A model generated the notes under the pieces. The model made no database searches. It was not told the DNA's origin and worked only from the letters and a program-made list of their open reading frames with translations. The position numbers and the translations under genes are program-made. From positions 27,083-91,082 of the forward strand of contig VGBH01000001.1 in assembly GCA_016870575.1 (NCBI GenBank): a DNA stretch of 64,000 nucleotides, read 5' to 3'. Below, in pieces: positions 9,981-19,702 of the stretch; positions within the stretch are counted from its first letter, which is position 1, and each line of letters opens with the position of its first letter. The stretch comes from Actinomycetota bacterium (GTDB lineage: Bacteria; Actinomycetota; Actinomycetes; S36-B12; UBA5976).

Positions 9981-10661
9981 ATGCCGCAACCGCTATCCAA
10001 CTTAAGTGGTGTAGCAAAGTTAGTCGCGGTGATGGATATTTTGCGATCACCTGGTGGTTGCCCTTGGGATGCAGAACAGACTCATAACTCTCTTTTGGAA
10101 TATTTGATTGAAGAATCTCACGAGCTTATTGAAGCAATTGAAACAGGAAATCGGATAGATCTAAGGGAAGAGCTAGGAGATGTATTACTGCAAGTAGTGT
10201 TTCACGCTCGAATTGCAATGGAAGATGAAAGCGATCCATTTAATTTAGATGAAGTTGCAGAGATAACTGCAGACAAACTTATGTCAAGACATCCACATGT
10301 ATTTGCAGATCAGTTAGCCAACACTGCGCAAGACGTTGAAGCAATTTGGCATCAACAGAAGATGCAAGAAAAGGGCAGAAAGTCGCTATTGGATGGGATT
10401 CCACGCACGTTACCAGCATTAATGCTGGCAACTAAAATGCTAAAGCGCACAAAGCAATATCAGATTGATATCCATTCAATTATCTCTTCTGAAACAAAAG
10501 TGAAAATTAAAACCAGTGATGAAATTGGAAAAGCTCTTTTTGATTTAGTCAAAATCGCCCGCGAGCACAAGATTGATCCAGAAGCAGCATTAAGACAAGC
10601 AATAAGGGAATACGAAGATAAAGTATTAGAAATTGAAGTTACAAACCAAGACGAGTCTTAG
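9981..10661 (+). CDS. mazG: nucleoside triphosphate pyrophosphohydrolase MazG
   Basis: 226 aa with the MazG EExxE/ELGD motifs (EESHELIEAIE...ELGDVLLQVVFHA). Confidence 0.85.
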   Translation: MPQPLSNLSGVAKLVAVMDILRSPGGCPWDAEQTHNSLLEYLIEESHELIEAIETGNRIDLREELGDVLLQVVFHARIAMEDESDPFNLDEVAEITADKLMSRHPHVFADQLANTAQDVEAIWHQQKMQEKGRKSLLDGIPRTLPALMLATKMLKRTKQYQIDIHSIISSETKVKIKTSDEIGKALFDLVKIAREHKIDPEAALRQAIREYEDKVLEIEVTNQDES

Positions 10662-11490
10662 CCGCTGATACTTGCGGACTTGCCAAAAGTTGCGGTGGCA
10701 AAAATCCAACAGCTTTTCGCCAAGCTTTGAGGGCAAAAGTACCTTGTTCATCTAGCATCGGAAGTGCTAATGCTGGCCCAAACAAGCCACCACCATAAAG
10801 TTGCCGCGCCCAAGGTTCTAATAGTGAAAACGCGGTTGCCGCAACTGAAGCCCAAGCTGGAGCAGCTGGCGTTAAGAGTCTAGTTGCAAGTGGCATTGGC
10901 GGAAAAGCAATAAATCGAGCTGCATCTTTTGCTTCTTTAGAGGCTGTAAGTATTGGCTTATATTCTTCAATTGCAGTAACTAATTCTGATTCAGACTCAG
11001 GGGCATCTGGCGCACCGAGTAATTGGGCTGCCGTCACTTGTTCTTTGACATATTGATCTGCAACATCTTTATTGTTTGCTAATCCAGCACGTTGTGCTGC
11101 TCGCAGAAGTGAATCCACAAATCCTAAATGTACCCATAGCAGTAGGTCTGGTCGATCAACTCCTAGCTTTTGATGAACCATTCGAACGCGTGCTGCTGCA
11201 TTTTCTGCTTCTGATGTTGTGCCAAAAGTTATAACTGCGATGTATTCCGCAGTTCGAGTTAATCTTCCCCAGGGGTCGGATTTATAGCTGGAGTGTTTTG
11301 CCACACCTGCCATAGCTTCTGGATGGAGTGCCTGCATTAATAAAGCCCTTACACCACCAATTCCACTTGCTGCATCGGCATGCAGTTGCCACGAGACACT
11401 AGCAGGTCCAAATAGACCAGGGTCGGGAGTAGTTTGGTCTGGTTCACCATAAACTGAATTAAAGTTAATTGGGGAGGATTGATTAACCAT
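10639..11490 (-). CDS. DUF2236 / MpaB-type oxygenase family protein
   Basis: 283 aa with the pattern ...RALLMQALHPEAMAGVAKHS... typical of the family. Its 3' end overlaps mazG convergently. Confidence 0.6.
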   Translation of the reverse strand: MVNQSSPINFNSVYGEPDQTTPDPGLFGPASVSWQLHADAASGIGGVRALLMQALHPEAMAGVAKHSSYKSDPWGRLTRTAEYIAVITFGTTSEAENAAARVRMVHQKLGVDRPDLLLWVHLGFVDSLLRAAQRAGLANNKDVADQYVKEQVTAAQLLGAPDAPESESELVTAIEEYKPILTASKEAKDAARFIAFPPMPLATRLLTPAAPAWASVAATAFSLLEPWARQLYGGGLFGPALALPMLDEQGTFALKAWRKAVGFLPPQLLASPQVSAAKTRLGL

Positions 11491-11588
11491 AGGCGGAGCG
11501 TCGCACTTTTATCGTTTATCTGCATCTTTTAACTAGACTTTGGAAATAGCCACTACTCTTGGGCATAAATAAGTGTTAAGGAGCATGA

Positions 11589-12866
<1,278 letters not shown>

Positions 12867-12868
12867 TT

Positions 12869-13339
12869 GTGAAAGACAATCAACGACCCAGCATTAGTCA
12901 GTTGGCCAATTTGCCAACTGGTCGTGGTGCACTTTTAGCAATCACATTAATTGTTATTGCGATGAGTATGGCACTTCCAGCAAGGACCCTATTACAACAA
13001 CGTCTGGAAATCGCCCAGCTAGAGCGGGAGAACGCCCAAATGCAAGCTGAAGTTGACGCTTTGCGAGCTCAAGTTGTTAGATGGTCTGATCAAGCATATG
13101 TGATTGCGCAAGCACGTGAAAGATTTAATTTAGTAATGCCAGGTGAAATTGCATACGTTGTATTAGATCCAGAAGAAGTTGGGGAAGATGCGATTAAAAC
13201 CCAGTTTGTTGCTGCTGATGCCATCACAACTAATCCCTGGTATGCAAATATCTGGCAATCAGTTGTTATTGCTGGTCTAGGCGATGCTTTACCTGGAGAG
13301 AAATTACCAATTACCATGCCAGCTGAAAGTGATGAATAG
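12869..13339 (+). CDS. septum formation initiator (FtsB/DivIC family)
   Basis: 156 aa with one transmembrane helix followed by a coiled coil (...LEIAQLERENAQMQAEVDALRAQV...). The position after eno is conserved. Confidence 0.75.
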   Translation: MKDNQRPSISQLANLPTGRGALLAITLIVIAMSMALPARTLLQQRLEIAQLERENAQMQAEVDALRAQVVRWSDQAYVIAQARERFNLVMPGEIAYVVLDPEEVGEDAIKTQFVAADAITTNPWYANIWQSVVIAGLGDALPGEKLPITMPAESDE

Positions 13340-13341
13340 TC

Positions 13342-13833
13342 GTGCCAATTTCCGAAGAAGATTTGATTGACGTTGAACATCAACTAGGTCGAAGTCCACG
13401 AGCTGCATTATCAGTTGCCTATCGTTGTCCATGCGGAAGGCCTGCGGTCATTGAAAACGCACCCAGATTGCCAGATGGTGAACCATTTCCAACTTTGTTT
13501 TACTCAACCTGCCCACGGCTCAATTCCGCTATTGGTCAACTTGAAGGAAGCGGCCTGATGAAAGAACTTGAAAATCAATTATCTGAAGACCAAGAGTTAG
13601 CAAGAAAATATGAACTAGCCCATCAAGATTATCTGGCCAGACGTAATGACATTGAAGTTTTACCCGAAAAGCTACACTTTTCTGCTGGCGGTATGCCAGA
13701 TCGAGTCAAATGCTTACACGCTTTAATTGCCCATTCGCTTGCAGTTGGGACTGGAGTTAATCCAATAGGGGATATCGCATTAAAAGTTTTACCAAAATGG
13801 TGGGAGTCTGGAGCGTGCAACAATGACAAATGA
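13342..13833 (+). CDS. DUF501 domain protein
   Basis: 163 aa. The position between ftsB and ppx is conserved in actinobacteria, and the protein has a Cys-rich N-terminus (YRCPCGRP...). Confidence 0.7.
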   Translation: MPISEEDLIDVEHQLGRSPRAALSVAYRCPCGRPAVIENAPRLPDGEPFPTLFYSTCPRLNSAIGQLEGSGLMKELENQLSEDQELARKYELAHQDYLARRNDIEVLPEKLHFSAGGMPDRVKCLHALIAHSLAVGTGVNPIGDIALKVLPKWWESGACNNDK

Positions 13834-14758
13834 AGTTGTTGCAGCAATTGATTGTGGTACAAATTCGATCAGATCATTAGTTGCAGAAGTGCTTCCCGAT
13901 GGATCACTAAGAGAATTGCATCGGCAGCTTGAAATCGTTCGACTGGGCGAAGGTGTTGATCAAACTGGTGAATTCTCTATTGACGCAATAGAGCGAACAA
14001 TCAGAGTTGCAGCGCAGTATTCAGACATAGCTGGAAAATTAGGAGCTAGCAAAATCAGATTTGCAGCTACCAGTGCAACTCGAGATGCCAAGAATCGACA
14101 CTTGTTTACAATTCCAATTGAACAAATCTTTGGAATATCACCTGAAGTACTTTCTGGTTCAGAAGAAGCTGAACTTTCTTTTATTGGCGCAACCAAGTCT
14201 TTAATCAAACGAGACAGGATAAATAAATCTCCTTATTTAGTCATTGATATTGGAGGAGGATCAACTGAGTTTGTACTTGGCGTTGACAAACCATTGCAAT
14301 CAATTTCAGTTGATATTGGATGTGTTCGGATGGCTGAACGACATAATCTGCAGGAAGTTTTTACCAAAAATCAACTAATGGAAGCATCAGCCGACATTAA
14401 GGCAGCTATTACCGTAGCGGCGGCAAATGTTGATTTAAAATCTGCAGAGTGTTTAATCGGAGTTGCAGGAACTGTCACAACAGTTGCGGCAATTTCACTT
14501 GGGCACCAGAGTTATCAAAGTGAGTTACTGCACGGTGCTGTAATCAGTAAAGAACAAATTGCAGACGTAGCCTCAAAGTTGCGAAGTATGACAAGGTTAC
14601 AAAAAGCGGCTTTACCAGTTATGCATCCTGGTCGGGTTGATGTAATTGCTGCTGGTGCATTAGTTTTGGAATTGATTATGGACGAAATTGGTTTACCAGA
14701 GTTGGTAGTAAGTGAACATGATATTTTAGATGGTTTAGCTTTGAGTTTGGTTCGTTAA
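13823..14758 (+). CDS. ppx: exopolyphosphatase / guanosine pentaphosphate phosphohydrolase family protein
   Basis: 311 aa with ASKHA-fold motifs AAIDCGTNSIRSLV and DIGGGSTEF. Confidence 0.85.
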   Translation: MTNEVVAAIDCGTNSIRSLVAEVLPDGSLRELHRQLEIVRLGEGVDQTGEFSIDAIERTIRVAAQYSDIAGKLGASKIRFAATSATRDAKNRHLFTIPIEQIFGISPEVLSGSEEAELSFIGATKSLIKRDRINKSPYLVIDIGGGSTEFVLGVDKPLQSISVDIGCVRMAERHNLQEVFTKNQLMEASADIKAAITVAAANVDLKSAECLIGVAGTVTTVAAISLGHQSYQSELLHGAVISKEQIADVASKLRSMTRLQKAALPVMHPGRVDVIAAGALVLELIMDEIGLPELVVSEHDILDGLALSLVR

Positions 14759-14761
14759 TTG

Positions 14762-15592
14762 ATGAAACTACCTCATCCAATTACTCAAACTAATTTTGAT
14801 TCACCGGTTAAACCGGGAACTGGCTGGCCACTTGATTTAGCTACTAGCAAAACACCAATTGCAAAGAATGTAACTCAGGTAAGAAAACTTGCTCGCGGAG
14901 TTAAAACATTAACTGAACTCTCTGCTGTAATTTCAACTTGCAGCGCTTGTCCTAGGTTGGTTAAGTGGCGTACTGACGTTGCTGTTGAAAAACGTAAGTC
15001 TTTTGAGAGTGAGCCATATTGGGGAAGGCCTGCAACTGGATTTGGTGTATCTGATCCAGCACTTCTAGTAGTGGGATTAGCGCCGGCAGCAAATGGCGCT
15101 AATCGAACAGGCCGAATTTTTACGGGCGATCGAAGTGGTGACTGGTTGTATCGAGCTATGTATAAAGCAGGATTTGCAAATCAACCAACAAGCGTGCATT
15201 CAGGAGATGGATTAAGTTTGATTAATGCAAGAGTGCTAGCCGCTGTGCGCTGTGCACCACCTGGAAACAAACCAACTCCAATTGAGCGCGATACCTGTGC
15301 AAATTGGCTCACTGCTGAATTTCAGTTACTTTCCGCAACACTTAAAGTAATAGTTGCATTAGGTGGATTTGCATGGGATCGGACAATATCAACTTTATTG
15401 AAAGACGGATTTATTGGAAGAAAAATCAAATTTGGCCATAATGCAAAAATAGAGTTTGTACGAGCTGATTACAGGATTTTGCTACTTGGAAGTTATCATG
15501 TTAGTCAACAAAACACCTTTACTGGTCGGCTAACTGAAAAGATGTTAGATGAAATTTTTCGCCAGGCAAATCAGCGGATTTCTAGCAGTTAG
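14762..15592 (+). CDS. uracil-DNA glycosylase superfamily protein (family 4/5, Fe-S type)
   Basis: It has CSACPRL and GLAPAANGANRTGRIFTGD motifs. An alternative TTG start lies at 14759. Confidence 0.8.
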   Translation: MKLPHPITQTNFDSPVKPGTGWPLDLATSKTPIAKNVTQVRKLARGVKTLTELSAVISTCSACPRLVKWRTDVAVEKRKSFESEPYWGRPATGFGVSDPALLVVGLAPAANGANRTGRIFTGDRSGDWLYRAMYKAGFANQPTSVHSGDGLSLINARVLAAVRCAPPGNKPTPIERDTCANWLTAEFQLLSATLKVIVALGGFAWDRTISTLLKDGFIGRKIKFGHNAKIEFVRADYRILLLGSYHVSQQNTFTGRLTEKMLDEIFRQANQRISSS

Positions 15593-15656
15593 ATTGCGCG
15601 AATAGGTCCTTAATGCCGATGATTCCTCGGCCTATCTAGAGTATGCCCTTGGAATT

Positions 15657-15732
15657 GCCCTCGTAGCCCAATGGCAGAGGCAAGCGGCTTAAACCCGCTC
15701 CAGTATGGGTTCGAGTCCCATCGAGGGCACCA
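15657..15732 (+). tRNA. 76-nt class-I tRNA with anticodon UAA (nominally Leu), CCA encoded
   Basis: Hand fold: acceptor GCCCTCG/CGAGGGC, discriminator A, D-arm GCCC-AATGGCAG-AGGC, anticodon arm AGCGG-CTTAAAC-CCGCT, 5-nt variable loop CCAGT, T-arm ATGGG-TTCGAGT-CCCAT. The isotype is uncertain (see findings). Confidence 0.7.
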
Positions 15733-16368
15733 CTAAATGCAGCGCACTCCAGTGCCTTTTAGGGCGCAATACCCATTTGGAACTCGATCTAAATACTGTT
15801 GATGATATTCCTCAGCAAAATAAAATATTGGAGCTAATTTAATCTCGGTTGTGATTGAACCTAAACCACTATCACTTAACGATGATTGGAATTGGATTTT
15901 GGACTGTTCGGCAAGTGCTAATTGATTTTCATTAGTCGGATAAATAGTTGATCGATACTGCGTGCCAACATCATTTCCTTGTCGCATACCAGAAGTCGGA
16001 TCATGCTCTTCCCAGAATTTAACCAGTAAGTCTGCATAGCTAATTTTAGACGGATTAAAAACCACTAACACTGTTTCGGCATGCCCGGTCATCCCAGTAC
16101 AAACTTCTTCATAAGTTGGATACGGGGTAATGCCACCTTGATATCCAGCAGCAGTGGTGTGAATACCTGGGAGTTGCCAAAACAACCTTTCCACTCCCCA
16201 AAAACATCCCATTCCAAAGTAAGTCACTTCACAATTCTCTGGGTAATCCCCTTGCAAATTTGTGCCAAGCACACGATGCGTCTTTGGTACCGAATAGGCA
16301 TAGTTTTTTCGCCCAGGTAGTGCATTACTAAAAGATGGCATTGTCACGGGACGACTGAAGATACTCAC
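15733..16368 (-). CDS. msrA: peptide-methionine (S)-S-oxide reductase
   Basis: 211 aa with the GMGCFWGVE active-site motif. Its stop codon abuts the tRNA 3' end. Confidence 0.95.
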   Translation of the reverse strand: MSIFSRPVTMPSFSNALPGRKNYAYSVPKTHRVLGTNLQGDYPENCEVTYFGMGCFWGVERLFWQLPGIHTTAAGYQGGITPYPTYEEVCTGMTGHAETVLVVFNPSKISYADLLVKFWEEHDPTSGMRQGNDVGTQYRSTIYPTNENQLALAEQSKIQFQSSLSDSGLGSITTEIKLAPIFYFAEEYHQQYLDRVPNGYCALKGTGVRCI

Positions 16369-16392
16369 CTACTAACTCTGCTACGAGATTGG

Positions 16393-17475
16393 TTATTGTG
16401 CAACTTCGGTTGGCTTGTATTTCTTGGGAATCATCAATGTAACTATAAGGGTAATCAAGGTGGCCACCACCGCAATCCCGAAAGTTTCAGTAAAACCGTA
16501 GCCATCAATAGTTAAACCAGCAATTAGCGAACCGACAATTACACCAATATCGGCAGCCATCTGAAACGCTGCAAGTAATGGACCTCTTCTTCGCCCTTCC
16601 ACCACGTCACCAACAATGGCAGCGGGTGCTGAGCCTAAAAATGCACCAGCCAAACCACTGAAGATCATACTTAAAAAGAATCCTAAAGTTGATTGCCAAG
16701 CCATTAAGAATATTGACGATATCAAGGCAAGCGAAGAGCCAATTACCATCGCACCTCGCCTGCCCTTGGTGTCGGCATATTTACCTGCTGGCAACAGAAT
16801 AAAAATTTGCGATGCCGATGCAGTAAAGAACCCATAAGCAACCAAGCTTGCTGATTCTTTTAACTCTTCAGTGACATAAATTGGAACTGCAGTTTGTCGT
16901 ATTCCGAGAAAAGCGAACCCAATCAATAATGAAACAGTAAATGCAGCTCGATAACCGGCATGTCTAAATCCATCAATAAGACGCAAATGGGATTTAACGT
17001 TAGAAGTTGAATCTGGCTGATCCTCCGGCGTTGTTCTTTTGCTTGATAAAAACAAAATAGAGATAACTGCAGCAATTGAAACTGTTATTGAATAAAGGAA
17101 AAAGGGTGCTCTAATTGAAATACCGAGCACGGCTGCTCCAAGAGCTGGGCCGAAGAGAGTGCCAACCAAAAACCCACCATTTGAAACACTGGAAGCTCGT
17201 GCTCGCAGATGTCTTGGTGCCATGCGCACAACTAATGATGTTGCGGAAACAGTAAACATTGCTGAACCAAATCCACCAATACCTCTAAGCAGTAATAAAT
17301 GAAAGAAGTCATTAGCTGTACCGGCAAGTCCAGTTGTAACTGCAACAAGAATTAAGCCAGCAGATAAAACAAATCGCTCATCAACTTTTTCAATTAATAT
17401 TACTGAAACTGGTGCTGAGATAATTCTGGTAAGACCAAAAATAGAAATAACAGTGCTAGCGGCGAATACACTCAC
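16393..17475 (-). CDS. MFS transporter (N-terminally truncated as called; the frame continues upstream across an in-frame TAG)
   Basis: 360-aa polytopic membrane ORF. The same frame upstream encodes TM1 (VVSVISFSVALGFGILAPVIPLFARSFG). It is preceded by TAG at 17560-17562 and 18 more codons running back to a TTG at 17616. Confidence 0.7.
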   Translation of the reverse strand: MSVFAASTVISIFGLTRIISAPVSVILIEKVDERFVLSAGLILVAVTTGLAGTANDFFHLLLLRGIGGFGSAMFTVSATSLVVRMAPRHLRARASSVSNGGFLVGTLFGPALGAAVLGISIRAPFFLYSITVSIAAVISILFLSSKRTTPEDQPDSTSNVKSHLRLIDGFRHAGYRAAFTVSLLIGFAFLGIRQTAVPIYVTEELKESASLVAYGFFTASASQIFILLPAGKYADTKGRRGAMVIGSSLALISSIFLMAWQSTLGFFLSMIFSGLAGAFLGSAPAAIVGDVVEGRRRGPLLAAFQMAADIGVIVGSLIAGLTIDGYGFTETFGIAVVATLITLIVTLMIPKKYKPTEVAQ

Positions 17476-17622
17476 ACCAAATGACCGCGCAAATAGTGGA
17501 ATAACTGGCGCTAGAATTCCAAAACCAAGTGCAACTGAGAATGAGATTACTGAAACTACCTAAATTGCTGGAGGCAGATCTCTGATACTGCCTGACTCTT
17601 TAGATTTCGTGGACAAGAACGA

Positions 17623-17642
17623 CTTTCGTTAGATGGCGAAAG
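17623..17642 (-). terminator. hairpin downstream of greA
   Basis: CTTTCG (17623-17628) pairs with CGAAAG (17637-17642) across an 8-nt loop. It lies 14 nt after the greA stop and is followed on the minus strand by TCGTTCTTG. Confidence 0.35.
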
Positions 17643-17655
17643 CCTACGCCATTAC

Positions 17656-18135
17656 CTAAGAGTAAGGACGCACCTCAGTAATTGTTACAGAAATTAATTT
17701 GCCATTTGGTAATTGATAACTTATTTTCGCTCCAACCTCTTGATTTAAAACTGCAGCACCAAGAGGTGATGTTGGCGATAACACATCCAGGGATGAGTGC
17801 GCGGCCTCTTCCCTAGACCCCAAAAGGAATGTCTCGCTATCACCATCCGCAAATTCCACGGTTATCACTTGGCCAATATGAGCAACCCCCTCACCAACAT
17901 CTGGTGTGCCAATTTGCGCGTGATCAAGTAGGTGGCGAATTTGCCGAATTCGAGCTTCATTCTTTCCTTGCTCATCTTTAGCCGCGTGATATCCCGCATT
18001 TTCTTTGAGATCTCCCTCTTCACGAGCTAATTCGATTCGCTTAGTGAGTTCAACCCGTCCAGCACCTTCACGCTCGGCAAGTTCTGCCTGTAAGCGGTCA
18101 AAGGCTTCTTGGGTTAACCAATGAACTTCATTCAT
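17656..18135 (-). CDS. greA: transcription elongation factor GreA
   Basis: 159 aa with an N-terminal coiled coil containing the acidic tip (...REEGDLKENAGYHAAKDEQ...). Confidence 0.95.
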   Translation of the reverse strand: MNEVHWLTQEAFDRLQAELAEREGAGRVELTKRIELAREEGDLKENAGYHAAKDEQGKNEARIRQIRHLLDHAQIGTPDVGEGVAHIGQVITVEFADGDSETFLLGSREEAAHSSLDVLSPTSPLGAAVLNQEVGAKISYQLPNGKLISVTITEVRPYS

Positions 18136-18146
18136 ATGACTCTAGA

Positions 18147-18647
18147 TTACAAGTTAGGTGGTATACGTCCCGGTGCAGGTTGCTCAGGTAACTGAGTACC
18201 AGGTTCAACCTGAGGCACTGGCACACCCGATACTTCGCTGCCGACACTGCAGCCTAAAACTTCAACCAATACTGCAAGTTTTCGTGTTGCCAGTGGATAA
18301 CTAACAGCTGTTACCCGCTGCTCACTTGGTGAAATCTCTACCCAGGCATATCCAACATCGATTCTGCGGTCATCTTGCGCGCGTAAAGCACAAGTTATTG
18401 TCGATCCCGGATCTCGATTAACTTCAAAGTCAGTTTGTACTCTTGAATCATCAACAATTTCAAAGCCTGTTAACTTACTATCGGCTGGGAGAGCAACAAA
18501 GCGATTGAATCCAAAACCAACAAAACTTGCAATTACTAGTGCAGCGGAAATACCAACTAACCACAACCCAAGATCAGAGCCAGGTTTTGGGTAGCGGACT
18601 TTGACATCTGGTGGGAGTTGCTCCCATTGTGCTTTTGAAAAACCCAC
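18147..18647 (-). CDS. DUF4307 membrane protein
   Basis: 166 aa with a single transmembrane helix. The position between greA and mca is conserved. AAGGA lies 5 nt before the GTG. Confidence 0.6.
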   Translation of the reverse strand: MGFSKAQWEQLPPDVKVRYPKPGSDLGLWLVGISAALVIASFVGFGFNRFVALPADSKLTGFEIVDDSRVQTDFEVNRDPGSTITCALRAQDDRRIDVGYAWVEISPSEQRVTAVSYPLATRKLAVLVEVLGCSVGSEVSGVPVPQVEPGTQLPEQPAPGRIPPNL

Positions 18648-18694
18648 TGGTGTCCTTTGTTTGTTATGCCAAGATTACTGCCAAACTACGTTCT

Positions 18695-19546
18695 GTGAAT
18701 AATGAGTTACGACTACTAGCCGTGCGCGCTCACCCAGATGATGAAGCAAGCAAAGGCGCAGCAACAATTGCGAAGTATGTTGCTGAAGGGATAAAAGTTT
18801 TGATTGTTACCGCAACAGGCGGAGAGCGTGGTGATTTATTGAATAAGAGTTTGGAGATTTCACCAAATGCAGATATAGCTCAGATTCGAAAGCAAGAGAT
18901 GGCAAATGCAATCAAGATTCTTGGATGCCAACACCGCTGGCTGGGTTTTGTTGATAGCGGATATCCGGAAGGTGATCTAAAGCCGCCATTACCTGATGGT
19001 TGTTTTGCTGCTATAGATCCAGAAAAAGCGGCAGCACCGCTGGTTGAGATTTTTCGTGAGTTTAAGCCACACGTAGTAACGACATATGATGAAAATGGAG
19101 GCTATCCGCATCCAGATCACATTCGCACGCATGAAATAACAATACGCGCCTATCAAAACGCAGCGGACCCCAGTTATCCAAGTGATTTATCTGTATGGCA
19201 AGTACCCAAGATTTATTACCATCAAACATTTAGTTATGACAAAGTAGTCACAATGCATCAAGCCGCATTGACAGCAAACTTGATTAGCCCATTGGCAGAA
19301 TGGTTAACGGATTGGGAACCAGAGCCATCTCGAGTGACGACTCAATTTCATTGCGCGGAGTATTTTTCGGTTAGAGATAATGTACTCAAGGCTCACGCGA
19401 CTCAGGTAGATCCAACTGGAATGTGGTTTGCTTTTCCAAGAGAATTAGAGCGGGAAATTTGGCCAACAGAAGATTATGAATTAGCAATTGATAATGTCGG
19501 AGTTAAATTACCAGAAACAGATTTGTTTAATGGATTGCGAGGCTAG
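18695..19546 (+). CDS. mca: mycothiol S-conjugate amidase
   Basis: It has the LmbE/PIG-L motif AHPDDE plus YDENGGYPHPDHIRTHE and HATQVDP, and from memory it aligns along its whole length with mycobacterial Mca. The GTG at 18695 was chosen because the longer ORF (from 18611) overlaps the divergent gene. Confidence 0.88.
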   Translation: MNNELRLLAVRAHPDDEASKGAATIAKYVAEGIKVLIVTATGGERGDLLNKSLEISPNADIAQIRKQEMANAIKILGCQHRWLGFVDSGYPEGDLKPPLPDGCFAAIDPEKAAAPLVEIFREFKPHVVTTYDENGGYPHPDHIRTHEITIRAYQNAADPSYPSDLSVWQVPKIYYHQTFSYDKVVTMHQAALTANLISPLAEWLTDWEPEPSRVTTQFHCAEYFSVRDNVLKAHATQVDPTGMWFAFPRELEREIWPTEDYELAIDNVGVKLPETDLFNGLRG

Positions 19547-19548
19547 GG

Positions 19549-19698
19549 TTGGACGTTTTAACTGAAGCAGATAAAGCAGCAACACCCAGTTGGTATTGGG
19601 CGGCAATTATGGTCGGCTTGACGGTAGCAGTTTTTATTATTGGCAGATCTTTGATTAGAAGATTAAAGAATCTAGAAGATCGAAATCGACCTGAATAA
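19549..19698 (+). CDS. small single-pass membrane protein (49 aa), below the 60-aa size of the smallest ORF in the supplied track
   Basis: The TTG start is preceded by GAGG at a 6-nt spacing. Translation: MDVLTEADKAATPSWYWAAIMVGLTVAVFIIGRSLIRRLKNLEDRNRPE. It fills the otherwise empty mca-uppS gap. Confidence 0.35.
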   Translation: MDVLTEADKAATPSWYWAAIMVGLTVAVFIIGRSLIRRLKNLEDRNRPE

Positions 19699-19702
19699 TT
19701 AA

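Noticed and set aside
9344-10000. A 218-aa ORF antisense to the whole lipoprotein gene (9387-9980).
   Set aside because: The plus-strand product has a signal peptide and lipobox and fits exactly between mfd and mazG with 0-1 nt gaps. The antisense product is a low-complexity Ala/Ser-rich mirror ORF with no start context.
15645-15732. An alternative 88-nt reading of the tRNA starting at GCCCTTG, which would give a class II length expected for tRNA-Leu.
   Set aside because: The extra 12 nt fall at the 5' end and D region, not in the variable region, and no cloverleaf with a long variable arm can be drawn.
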